Positions 1-10,854 of a DNA stretch of 64,000 nt are shown one piece after another. Under the pieces are notes generated by a model. The model saw nothing but the letters and a program-made list of their open reading frames with translations. It had not been told where the DNA came from and made no database searches. Position numbers and translations under genes: made by a program. This DNA is from Deltaproteobacteria bacterium (GTDB lineage: Bacteria; Myxococcota_A; Polyangia; GCA-2747355; JADLHG01), in contig JADLHG010000005.1 of NCBI GenBank assembly GCA_020848905.1, forward strand, positions 3,423 through 67,422. Direction: 5' to 3'. The first letter of the stretch is position 1, and each line of letters starts with the position of its first letter.

Positions 1-2
1 CC

Positions 3-1100
3 AGCGCGGCGTGGGTCGGGACCTTCAACCGCGAGAAGAATCGCCGCGGCGCGAACCTCTTCTACAAGATCAACGGCGAGAGCGGAAAGATCGAGGCCTC
101 GGTCACGATGCCCGCGGGGCACAAGTCCTACGGCTGCATGGCCGATTCGAACCACATCATCTGGTCCACCGACATCTACGGCTCGCTGGCCTTCCTCTCC
201 ACGATCACCAACCAGGCGGGGCCGCTCCTCAAGGCGCCGTGGGTCCCCAAGGCCGGACGCGAGTACCACCACTACGGCATCACCGTCGACGGCGACCAGC
301 GCGTCTGGCTCGGCGGGTACCACTCGTCGTGGGTCCTCCGGTACGCGCCCAAGCGGGACAACTTCGACGCGCTCAGCAAGGGTGTCTGGACGCGCATCGA
401 CGTTCCCGACGGCTGGGTCACGCGCGGCATCGCGGCCGACAACCGCGGCAAGGTCTGGGTCGCCATCGAGTCGGGCGCGATTCTGCGGCTGGAGCAGAGC
501 ATCCCCGACGGCGTGCACGACATGACCGGCGTGAAGGAGGGCAAGGACTACTGGCCCATCGCGGCGCGCGAGGTGATCGGCGCGGGCATCGACCTGGCGG
601 GTCACATCTGGGGGGTGGGCAAGGACAACGACACCGCCGCGCGGCTCGACGTGGACGCGCAGGGCAACGTCGTCACGCCGGCGACGGGGAACACGAACAA
701 GGTCACCCTCGGACGCAACCCGTACACCTACAGCGACTTCACCGGCTACGGCCTGATGACCTTCCTCCGCCCGAACGGGCGATACGTCTACCACCACCAG
801 CCGTGCAAGGCCGGCGAGAAGGCGATCTGGCAGTCGGTGACCTGGAACGCCACCGCGCCTGCGGGCACCTCCGTCTCGGTGCGCGTGCGCACCGGGGACT
901 CCGAGGCCAGCATGGGCCCCTGGTCCGCGCCGTTCACCAGCTCGCCCGCCTTCTTCGGACCGGGCTCGCCGCGCGCGATCAGCCCGAATCCGTCGGCCGT
1001 CATGCACGTGGAGGTGAACCTCGCCAGCCAGATCAAGGACGTGACCCCCATCGTGCACGACTACACGGTCGGGTTCGTCTGCGTGGCCAAGACGGGCTAA
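3..1100 (+). CDS. hypothetical beta-propeller-like protein (5' partial, continues upstream of the window)
   Basis: The frame is open from position 3 with no stop and runs to TAA at 1098-1100. Codon third positions are GC-rich. The only family resemblance is a repetitive W/G-rich architecture suggestive of a beta-propeller. Confidence 0.55.
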   Translation, partial: SAAWVGTFNREKNRRGANLFYKINGESGKIEASVTMPAGHKSYGCMADSNHIIWSTDIYGSLAFLSTITNQAGPLLKAPWVPKAGREYHHYGITVDGDQRVWLGGYHSSWVLRYAPKRDNFDALSKGVWTRIDVPDGWVTRGIAADNRGKVWVAIESGAILRLEQSIPDGVHDMTGVKEGKDYWPIAAREVIGAGIDLAGHIWGVGKDNDTAARLDVDAQGNVVTPATGNTNKVTLGRNPYTYSDFTGYGLMTFLRPNGRYVYHHQPCKAGEKAIWQSVTWNATAPAGTSVSVRVRTGDSEASMGPWSAPFTSSPAFFGPGSPRAISPNPSAVMHVEVNLASQIKDVTPIVHDYTVGFVCVAKTG

Positions 1101-1209
1101 CGGCCCCGCCCGCTCGACGCCGCCGCGCAACGCCGCGCTTGTCATCGCCTGCCCGAGGGACCACAATCGGCCTCGCTTGGCCGCCGCACCCGCGCCCCAC
1201 GGAAGAGGA

Positions 1210-2118
1210 ATGCCGAAGAGCCTCCCCCCGGAGACCGATCCGTTCAGCCAGATGTTCGACCGCCGTGACCTGATCCTCGTCACGGGCAAGGGGGGTACGG
1301 GCAAGAGCACCCTCGTCGCCGCGCTGGCCGAGCTCGCCGCCCGGCGACGCGGCTCGGCGGTGGCCGTCGAGATGTCCGTGCACCCCCACCTGCCGGAGCT
1401 CCTCGGACCGAGCACCCAGGTCCAGACGGTCTGCGTCGACCTGGAGCAGGCCGTCCCGGCGGCGATGGGGCGTCTCCTCCGGCTGCCCGCGCTCGTCACG
1501 CGGGTCTTCAACAACCGCTTCATCCGGCTCTTCATTCGCACCTCGCCCGCGGTCCGCGAGATGATCCTGCTCGACGAGCTGCACCACCTCGTGGAGGTGA
1601 ACTCGCGCCGCAGAACACCGGTGATCGTGGACCTCCCGGCCTCGGGCCACGCGCTCTCCTTCCTCGACACCCCGCGCGCCGTCAACCGCATGCTGCGCGT
1701 CGGACCGCTGGCTCAGGTGGCGGCGCGCGTCGAGGCGCTGATTCTGGACAGCTCTCGCTGCGAGCTCGTGATCGTCGCGCTCCCCGAGGAGCTGCCGATC
1801 AACGAGACCATCGAGCTCGTCCGCCGCGCCACCGAGATCGGGCTCGCCAGCCGGACCGTGATCGTGAACCAGGTGCCCTCGCCGTCGGTGGATCCCGAGG
1901 ACCGCCCGCTGCTCGACCTCCTCCATCGAGAGGGAGACGCGCAGATCGGCCACTTCGCGAGCATCGCGCGCAGCGGGCTGGACGGCCTGGACCAAGCGCG
2001 CGCGCAGATCGAGCGGCTCCGCTCGGCGCTCGACGACGCCGTGATCGAGCTCCCCTTCCACCTCGACACCGACCCGCGTCGCCGGGTGGCCGCGCTCATC
2101 CGGGCGCTCGTCCCATGA
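1210..2118 (+). CDS. ArsA/GET3-family P-loop ATPase, half-size (first of a split pair)
   Basis: P-loop 'ILVTGKGGTGKST' near the N-terminus and an ArsA signature-like 'DLPASGHALSFLDTP'. ATG at 1210 follows GGAAGAGGA; an alternative TTG start at 1177 is possible. The stop overlaps the next start (ATGA at 2115-2118). Confidence 0.8.
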   Translation: MPKSLPPETDPFSQMFDRRDLILVTGKGGTGKSTLVAALAELAARRRGSAVAVEMSVHPHLPELLGPSTQVQTVCVDLEQAVPAAMGRLLRLPALVTRVFNNRFIRLFIRTSPAVREMILLDELHHLVEVNSRRRTPVIVDLPASGHALSFLDTPRAVNRMLRVGPLAQVAARVEALILDSSRCELVIVALPEELPINETIELVRRATEIGLASRTVIVNQVPSPSVDPEDRPLLDLLHREGDAQIGHFASIARSGLDGLDQARAQIERLRSALDDAVIELPFHLDTDPRRRVAALIRALVP

Positions 2119-3350
2119 CGGCCGCCGGCCTCAAGCAGGTGATCGACGGCGCGCCGCTCGTGGTTTGCGTCGGCCCCGGGGGCGTGGGCAAGACGACGCT
2201 CTCGGCCGTGCTCGCCCTGCACCAGGCGGCCACCGGCGCGCGCTCGCTCGTCCTCACCATCGACCCGGCCCGCCGGCTGGCGGACGCGCTCGACGTGCCC
2301 GGCCTGACCAACGACCCGGTCGCGATCAGCTCCTTCGGCAAGATGCACCCCGGCGGCACGCTCAGCGCGCTGATGCTCGACCCGTCGGCGACCTTCGACC
2401 ATCTGATCGCGCTGCTGGTCGCGGACCCCGACCGGCGACGCGCCCTGCTGGAAAACCGGACCTACCAGTACGTCTCGCGCTACCTCGCCGGAACGCTCGA
2501 ATACATGGCCGTGGAGCGCCTGCACGCGCTGACCCAGGGCGGCGCCTACGACCGGATCGTCCTCGACACGCCGCCCACGAGCAACGCCATCGACTTCCTC
2601 GAGGCCCCGGACCGCCTGGCGACCTTCTTCAGCGACCAGGTGATCAGCCGCTTCATGCCCAAGCAGCAGACCTCGTGGACCTCGCGGCTTCTCAACCGGG
2701 CCAGCTCATCGGTGCTCTCGCTCCTCAACCGCGTCGCCGGAGACACCTTCGTCGAGGACGTCGTCAACTTCGTCTCCACCTTCGGCGACCTCTTCGGCCA
2801 GTTCCGCGAGCGCGGCATCGCGGTGGGCAAGACCCTCCGCGACCCGCGCACGGCCTTCGTCATCGTCTGCGCCCCCGACCAGAACCGGCTCGCCGAGGCG
2901 CGTTCGATCGACGAGCGGCTCCAGCAGGCCGGCTGCCGGGCGCACGCCTTCATCGTCAACCGGGTCGACGCGCCCTTCCTCTCCACCCCCGGGGACGACG
3001 CGCTCGCCCGCGCCACGGTCCTCCTCGGGGGAGCGGCGGAGCGTCCGCGCGTCCAGGCCTTCATCGAGCGCCTCGAGCAGCTGCGACGTAGCTACGACTC
3101 CTCCGCCGCGACGCACGCGCAGGCGGTCGAGTCGCTCCGGGCCTACGCGGCGCCGCGGCCCGTCTTCACGGCCCCCCGCGTCCCCCCCGGCGAGAGCCCT
3201 CGCGCCGCGCTCCTGGCCCTCTACCTCGGCCTCTTCGCCGACACGACCGACACGACCGACGCGACCGCGGCGGGCGCGCCCCCCCCGCTCCCGCCCGACG
3301 ACGGAGCGCGCCGCTCGATTTTCGGTCGCCGTCGAACGGACCGGCCGTGA
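2115..3350 (+). CDS. ArsA/GET3-family P-loop ATPase (second of the split pair)
   Basis: P-loop 'VCVGPGGVGKTTL' and ArsA-like 'DTPPTSNAIDFLEAPDRL'. Start and stop are both coupled by 4-bp overlaps: ATGA with the upstream gene and GTGA with the downstream KAS III. Confidence 0.8.
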   Translation: MTAAGLKQVIDGAPLVVCVGPGGVGKTTLSAVLALHQAATGARSLVLTIDPARRLADALDVPGLTNDPVAISSFGKMHPGGTLSALMLDPSATFDHLIALLVADPDRRRALLENRTYQYVSRYLAGTLEYMAVERLHALTQGGAYDRIVLDTPPTSNAIDFLEAPDRLATFFSDQVISRFMPKQQTSWTSRLLNRASSSVLSLLNRVAGDTFVEDVVNFVSTFGDLFGQFRERGIAVGKTLRDPRTAFVIVCAPDQNRLAEARSIDERLQQAGCRAHAFIVNRVDAPFLSTPGDDALARATVLLGGAAERPRVQAFIERLEQLRRSYDSSAATHAQAVESLRAYAAPRPVFTAPRVPPGESPRAALLALYLGLFADTTDTTDATAAGAPPPLPPDDGARRSIFGRRRTDRP

Positions 3351-4408
3351 CCCTCTCGGCCAAGATCGAGAGCCTCGGCGTCTACCTGCCCGACAAGTCG
3401 CTCACCACCGAGGAGCTCCTCGGCGCCTGCCGGCACCGGCCGCGGCTCGACTTCGAGCGCATCACGGGCATCCACGAGCGCCGGGTCGCCGAGGGCGAGT
3501 ACTCGATCGACCTCGCGGTCAAGGCGGCCCAGCGCGCGCTGAAGATGTCGCGATACTCGGCCGAGGACCTCGACCTCTTGATCTGCACCAGCATCTCGAA
3601 GCACCACCGGCAAGACGAGTTCACCTTCGAACCGGCCACGGCCGTGCTGGTGCGCCGAGCCATCGGGGCCCGCAGAGCCCTCTGCTTCGACGTCGTGAAC
3701 GCCTGCGCCGGCATGCTCAACGGCATCTACGTGCTGCAGGGGATGCTGCGCAGCGGCGCCATCCGCTGCGGCATGGTCGTGAGCGGGGAGCAGAACATGC
3801 CGCTCGCCTGGACGGCCACGCGGGAGATCCGGCACCGCCTCGACCGGCAGCTCGCCTCGCTGTCGCTGGGCGACTGCGGCGCCGCGCTCATCCTCGACGG
3901 TGCGGAGGACGACGCGCGCGGCTTCCGTCACCTGGAGCTGATCACCGGGGCCAAGCACTCGCACTACTGCCACTCGCAGCCCTCGTCGCGCGGCTCCGGC
4001 GGCGTGCTGATCACCAAGGCCATCGGCCTGCAGCGCAAAGGGGCCGAGCACTTCCCCTTCTACTTCAAGGAGGCCGTGCACAAGAGCGGCTGGGGCCTGG
4101 AGGAGCTGGACCACATCATCCCGCACCAGGTCTCGGTGCGCGCCATCCGGCGCGGGATCAAGGAGGTCAGTCGCTTCATGGGCTGCGAGCTGCCCGACCG
4201 CTACCTCTGCTGCGCCGAGAAGTACGGCAACACGACCACCACCAGCCACTTCCTCGTGCTGCACGAGTTCATCCTCCGCGGCCAGATCCAGCCGGGGCAC
4301 AAGCTCCTCTTCGTCAGCGGCGCCTCGGGGATCGTGATCACCCATGCGACCTACGCCATGGACGACCTCCCCGACCGCTATCGCCGCGCGCAGGAAGCGG
4401 AGAGCTAA
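3347..4408 (+). CDS. 3-oxoacyl-ACP synthase III (FabH-like KAS III), catalytically complete
   Basis: Begins 'ESLGVYLPD...', typical of FabH. Catalytic Cys is in 'FDVVNACAGMLNG', His in 'IPHQVS' and Asn in 'YGNTTTTS'. GTG start at 3347 overlaps the upstream stop (GTGA). Confidence 0.85.
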   Translation: MTLSAKIESLGVYLPDKSLTTEELLGACRHRPRLDFERITGIHERRVAEGEYSIDLAVKAAQRALKMSRYSAEDLDLLICTSISKHHRQDEFTFEPATAVLVRRAIGARRALCFDVVNACAGMLNGIYVLQGMLRSGAIRCGMVVSGEQNMPLAWTATREIRHRLDRQLASLSLGDCGAALILDGAEDDARGFRHLELITGAKHSHYCHSQPSSRGSGGVLITKAIGLQRKGAEHFPFYFKEAVHKSGWGLEELDHIIPHQVSVRAIRRGIKEVSRFMGCELPDRYLCCAEKYGNTTTTSHFLVLHEFILRGQIQPGHKLLFVSGASGIVITHATYAMDDLPDRYRRAQEAES

Positions 4409-4409
4409 G

Positions 4410-5291
4410 ATGCTCCGTTGCCGCATGGCCAGCCTCGGGGCGAGCCTGCCGGGGCCCCGCTGGCGCCGCCGGGGCTCCCTCTGGCACGCACAGAAGGCGG
4501 GAAAGGAGTGCCTGGCCCGCTCGCCGTACCGACCCTCCGACGTCGAGGTGCTGATCAACACCGGCGTGAACCGCGACGGCCACACCTGCGAGCCGGCCAT
4601 CGCGACCTACGTGCTCAAGGCCCTGGGCATCAACACCGACTTCCGCGGGAGCCGGACGCTCGGCTTCGACCTGCTCAACGGCGGCTGCGGGATGCTGAAC
4701 GCCGCCCAGGTCCTCGCGACGTTGATGCAGAGCGGCCAGGCCCGGGTCGGGATGGTCGTCTCCAGCGAGGCGAACAGCGACCGCGACCCCGACCCTGCCT
4801 ATCGCTACCCGCCGAGCGGCGCGGCGGTGCTCCTCGACATCGCGCCCCTCTCCGGAACGGGCTTCGGCGCCTTCGCCTTCCGCACCCTCGACGAGCACGC
4901 GGACCTCTACTCCTCGGTGGTCAACATGACCGGGAAGCACGGACGCCTGCTGCTCCGTCGAAAGGACGAGCTCGACGCGGCCTATCGCCAGGGCGCCGCC
5001 GAGGTGGTCGAGGAGGTGCTCTCCCAGGGCCACCTGGCGCGAGATGACCTGGACCTCGTCATCCCCGCCCAGCTCTCGGGGCCCTTCCTCGCCGAGCTCC
5101 CGGCCGCCATCGGCCTGCCGCGCGAGAAGGTGCTCGACCTCTCCAGCGTCCTCGAGGACACCCTGACCACCTCGGTCTTTCTCGCCACGCACCACGCCCT
5201 CGAGACGGGCCGGGCGGGCCCCGGAAAGACCGCCCTGCTCCTGGCCTTCGGCTCCGGCGTGACGGTGGGAGCCGCCACCTACCGCTTCTGA
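4410..5291 (+). CDS. FabH-like (KAS III fold) protein lacking catalytic His/Asn, probable non-catalytic heterodimer partner
   Basis: Thiolase/FabH fold with Cys retained in 'LLNGGCGMLNAAQ'. 'IPAQLSG' replaces the PHQ motif and 'EDTLTTS' replaces GNT. It starts 2 nt after the upstream stop; an alternative start at 4425 is possible. Confidence 0.7.
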   Translation: MLRCRMASLGASLPGPRWRRRGSLWHAQKAGKECLARSPYRPSDVEVLINTGVNRDGHTCEPAIATYVLKALGINTDFRGSRTLGFDLLNGGCGMLNAAQVLATLMQSGQARVGMVVSSEANSDRDPDPAYRYPPSGAAVLLDIAPLSGTGFGAFAFRTLDEHADLYSSVVNMTGKHGRLLLRRKDELDAAYRQGAAEVVEEVLSQGHLARDDLDLVIPAQLSGPFLAELPAAIGLPREKVLDLSSVLEDTLTTSVFLATHHALETGRAGPGKTALLLAFGSGVTVGAATYRF

Positions 5292-5377
5292 GCGGCCCCC
5301 GGGTCGCCAAGGGGTGTGGTCGCCTGGCCCTCTCCGTGCTACCTCGTCCGGTGTAAACGCGGCGGACGGAGGGCTAG

Positions 5378-7519
<2,142 letters not shown>

Positions 7520-7703
7520 GCTCCGAAAAGGAACGCGCACTTCTTCTTTTGAATGGCCACGCGCATCGAGAGTGCGCGCGCGACGTCTCGATCCGCGAGC
7601 CATCTCCCCCGATTCGTGCGAGCGAAGCCGTTGTCACCGCCTGGCATGCTTGGTGCACCTAATCTTCCTGTTCTTGGGCAAGGGGAGTGCGGTGACCTTC
7701 AAC

Positions 7704-7864
7704 CAGAGCGTTGCGTAAGTTCGTTGGCAGTTGATTCGATGATGGTCCTTCCCAAACTCGGAACGCTCGCGTTCCCCCTCCATACCCCGACACTCACTCT
7801 CTATCGAGAGTAAACAACCGGTGCCTCCTCGCCGGAGCTGCCAACGAACTTATGCAGCGCTCTG
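7704..7864. repeat. 27-bp imperfect inverted repeats (25/27 match) flanking about 105 bp, with a nested palindrome, inside a 470-bp AT-richer intergenic region
   Basis: Left arm 7704-7730 'cagagcgttgcgtaagttcgttggcag'. Right arm 7838-7864 is its reverse complement with 2 mismatches. The internal palindrome is 'ggaacgctcgcgttcc'. Confidence 0.7.
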
Positions 7865-7989
7865 CTTCGCAGGGCGCTGCCGCGTCCGGAGGGGTGACCT
7901 CGTCTCGGGGACCCGCTCGCCCGGACCCCCTCCCGCGCAATCCCGATCGGCTATACTGCCTGCCACTTGAGAGACGAAGTGCGCACGCC

Positions 7990-9795
7990 ATGACCACCCG
8001 CAAGACCATCACCCAGCTCCTTCACGACCAGGCCGAGCGCTACGGCGATCGCGTGAGCCACTACCACTGGGAGCGCGGCCAGTGGCGCAGCATGACCTGG
8101 AGGCAGGTGCGCCAGGTCTCGCGCGAGGTGGCCTTCGGGCTCTGGAGCCTGGGCTGCCGCAAGGGGGACAAGGTCGGACTCGTCAGCGAGACCCGCTGGG
8201 AGTGGACCTGCATCGACGGCGGGTGCCTCGGCTTCGGCGCGGTCGTGGTGGGCATCTACCCGACGAGCACCCCCGAGCAGGTGGCCTACATCCTCGCGCA
8301 CAGCGAAGCGAAGGTGGTCTTCGTCGAGAACGCGGCCCAGCTCGCCAAGCTGAACGAGCTCCGCGATCGCTTCCCCGCGCTCCAGGCCGTGGTGGTGATC
8401 GATCCGCCCGACGGCGGCAAGCCCGACGGGTGGTTGACCCTCGAGGGCCTGCGCGAGAAGGGACGCGCGCTGGAAGGACAGGAGCCGGCGCTCCTCGACC
8501 GCGCGCGCGAGGCCGTGCTCCCCGAGGACGTGGCCACGCTGGTCTACACCAGCGGCACGACGGGCCCGCCCAAGGGGGTCGTCTGCACCCATCGCGCCTT
8601 CTTCGACATCGCGGACCTGAGCGTGCGGCACCTCGGCTTCGGCGACGAGGACGTGAGCGTGGTCTTTCTGCCCCTCGCCCACTCGCTCCAGCGCGTCAGC
8701 CTCTACGGCGGGGTGCGCGCGGGGATGACCGGCTACTACGCGCCGAGCCTCGACCGCCTGATGGAGACAGTCCAGGCCGCGCGGCCCACCACCATGGCCA
8801 GCGTGCCGCGCATCTTCGAGAAGGTGCACAGCCGGATCGTGACCGGGCTGGCTCAGCAGCCCGAGCGGCGGCGCAAGCTCTTCACGGCCGCGATGAAGGT
8901 CGGTCGAGCCCGGAGCCGCTGTCTGCAAGAGAGGCGCCCCGTCCCCCTGCACCTGCGCCTCGGCTACGCGCTCTTCGACCGGCTGGTCTTCAGCAAAGTC
9001 CGCGCGCGCCTCTTCGGCCCGCGCCTGCGCTTCCTCGTCTCGGGGGGCGCGCCGATCAGCCGCGAGCTGCTCGAGTTCTTCCACGCCATGGGGATCCTGA
9101 TCCTCGAGGGCTACGGCCTGACCGAGACGAGCGCCCCGGCCACCGTGAATCACCCCGACGACTTCCGCTTCGGGACGGTGGGCAAGGCGCTCAAGGGGGT
9201 GGGGATCAAGATCGCCCCCGACGGGGAGATTCTGATCAACGGTCCCGGACTCTTCCGCGAGTACTACAAGGATCCGGCCGCCACGCGCGAGGCGATCGAC
9301 GAAGAGGGGTGGTTCCACTCGGGCGACATCGGCGAGCTGGACGCCGACGGCTTCTTGCGCATCACCGACCGCAAGAAGGACCTGATCATCACCGCGGCCG
9401 GCAAGAACGTGGCCCCGCAGAACATCGAGAACCTGATCAAGACCGACCGCCACATCAGCCAGGTGATGGTGCACGGCGACCGCCGGAACTACCTCGTAGC
9501 GCTCGTGACCCTCGACGCCGACGAGCTGGCCGCCTGGGCCAAGTCGAACGGCAAGGCCGGGGCGCGCCTCGAGCAGCTCGCAGCAGACCCGGCGGTCCAG
9601 GGACTCGTGGCGAAGATCATCGACGAGAAGAACGCGCAGCTCGCCCGGTACGAGACGGTGAAGAAGTTCCGCGTGCTGGCGGAGGACTTCACCGTCGAGA
9701 ACGGCATGCTCACGCCGACCATGAAGGTCAAGCGCCGGGTGATCGAGAAGAGGTACCGGAGCCTGCTCGACGAAATGTACGGGGAAGGAGGGTAG
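7990..9795 (+). CDS. long-chain fatty-acid--CoA ligase (AMP-binding, FadD-like)
   Basis: AMP-binding motif 'LVYTSGTTGPPKGV' and 'GYGLTETS'. The ATG at 7990 is the first Met after the intergenic region. Confidence 0.85.
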   Translation: MTTRKTITQLLHDQAERYGDRVSHYHWERGQWRSMTWRQVRQVSREVAFGLWSLGCRKGDKVGLVSETRWEWTCIDGGCLGFGAVVVGIYPTSTPEQVAYILAHSEAKVVFVENAAQLAKLNELRDRFPALQAVVVIDPPDGGKPDGWLTLEGLREKGRALEGQEPALLDRAREAVLPEDVATLVYTSGTTGPPKGVVCTHRAFFDIADLSVRHLGFGDEDVSVVFLPLAHSLQRVSLYGGVRAGMTGYYAPSLDRLMETVQAARPTTMASVPRIFEKVHSRIVTGLAQQPERRRKLFTAAMKVGRARSRCLQERRPVPLHLRLGYALFDRLVFSKVRARLFGPRLRFLVSGGAPISRELLEFFHAMGILILEGYGLTETSAPATVNHPDDFRFGTVGKALKGVGIKIAPDGEILINGPGLFREYYKDPAATREAIDEEGWFHSGDIGELDADGFLRITDRKKDLIITAAGKNVAPQNIENLIKTDRHISQVMVHGDRRNYLVALVTLDADELAAWAKSNGKAGARLEQLAADPAVQGLVAKIIDEKNAQLARYETVKKFRVLAEDFTVENGMLTPTMKVKRRVIEKRYRSLLDEMYGEGG

Positions 9796-9798
9796 ACG

Positions 9799-10854
9799 AT
9801 GCTTCACCTGACGACCTTGACCTCGTTCCGGCGGGCCCGGACCCTCGCGGCCCAGCTGCCCCCCTTGGGCGCGCGCTTCGGCGTGCGCGGCTGGGAGCAG
9901 GTCCAGCGGGACCTCGCGACCGTGGTCCGCGGCTGGCTCCACGGCGAGCACTTCCAGTTCGACGTGCGCTCGGCCGGACTCATTCGCCCGGACCTCTCGC
10001 TCCCTACCTACGCCGGCCTGGTGCCCGAAGGGGGGCTCGCGCCGATCTACAACCTCCTCGACCGCACGGGCGGCGCCACGCTCTACACCACCCGCGTCAG
10101 TCGAGGTCGCGCCCGCGACTTCCGCGGCGGTCGCCTCTCGTACGACGACCACCGTGGGACGGACTTCGTGACCCCCGTGGGCATGCCCATCGTGGCGGCG
10201 GCGCCGGGGATCGTGGCGCTCGTGCGCGACCGCTGGCTGCGCGGCGGGCTCACGCTCTCCGTCGACCACGGCCACGGCGTCGTGACGCAGTACTCGCATC
10301 TGTCGCAATCGCTGGTCGAGCTCGGCCAGATCGTGCGCCGCGGCGAGCCCATCGCGCTCGGCGGCGCGTCGGGCTACGACCTCGTGCAGTTCTTCCCCTA
10401 CGTCCCGCCGCACGTGCACTTCATGGTCTGGATGGACGGCCAGCCGGTGGATCCCTTCCTCGCCCCCGGCGAAGCGCCCCGCCCCGGCTGCTGGTGCGAG
10501 GAGAACCGGCCGCTCCCCAGCGGGCCGCTCCCCGACGACCCCCTCCCCGAGGCGAGCCCGGTGGACGAGCTCGCGCTCGAACGCATTACTTCCGCCTGCA
10601 TCGACCCGCTGCTGCGCGAGGAGCTCGCGCAGGCCGCCGCGAGCCCGGTTTCCCTCGCGGCGCTGCTCGAGGACGCGCTGCACCACCAGTTCGAGTCCTG
10701 GCCGCAGGCCTTCTGGCACGAGCGGGTGCGACCGCCGCTCGACCCCGACCGGGCCGCGCGCGCGCTGCGAGTGCGGATCAGCCTGCCGCTACCGTCGAGC
10801 GAGTACACGGGGGCCCGCTTTGCCGACGCCCCCTGGACGGCACCTCCCGCGTGA
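9799..10854 (+). CDS. M23 family metallopeptidase (LytM domain)
   Basis: 'HRGTDF...', 'SVDHGHGVVTQYSHL' and 'PHVHF' fit HxxxD/HxH zinc-ligand motifs. RBS GGAGGG precedes the ATG, which lies 3 nt after the fadD-like stop. Confidence 0.8.
   Translation: MLHLTTLTSFRRARTLAAQLPPLGARFGVRGWEQVQRDLATVVRGWLHGEHFQFDVRSAGLIRPDLSLPTYAGLVPEGGLAPIYNLLDRTGGATLYTTRVSRGRARDFRGGRLSYDDHRGTDFVTPVGMPIVAAAPGIVALVRDRWLRGGLTLSVDHGHGVVTQYSHLSQSLVELGQIVRRGEPIALGGASGYDLVQFFPYVPPHVHFMVWMDGQPVDPFLAPGEAPRPGCWCEENRPLPSGPLPDDPLPEASPVDELALERITSACIDPLLREELAQAAASPVSLAALLEDALHHQFESWPQAFWHERVRPPLDPDRAARALRVRISLPLPSSEYTGARFADAPWTAPPA

Noticed and set aside
140-155. 'gattcgaacc', the reverse complement of a tRNA T-loop-like GGTTCGAATC
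   Set aside because: The flanks do not form a T-stem or acceptor stem, and the site lies inside a CDS. I saw no convincing tRNA cloverleaf in any intergenic region.
11-1273. 420-aa ORF in the +2 frame overlapping the first gene
   Set aside because: Arg/Gly/Pro-rich low-complexity translation typical of an off-frame GC-rich reading. The +3 frame encodes a protein-like sequence with GC3 bias.
7553-8012. Two small ORFs (7553..7813 + and 7794..8012 -) in the long intergenic region
   Set aside because: Both are low-complexity. Their shared 'ERC(V/I)SSLA' peptide is simply the translation of the two arms of the 27-bp inverted repeat.
7951-10719. 922-aa antisense ORF and the 1130-aa ORF 8082..11474 (+, other frame)
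   Set aside because: They overlap the acyl-CoA ligase and M23 peptidase genes, which are recognised by motifs. Only the last 207 codons of the 8082..11474 frame (from GTG at 10851) look like a real metzincin protein.
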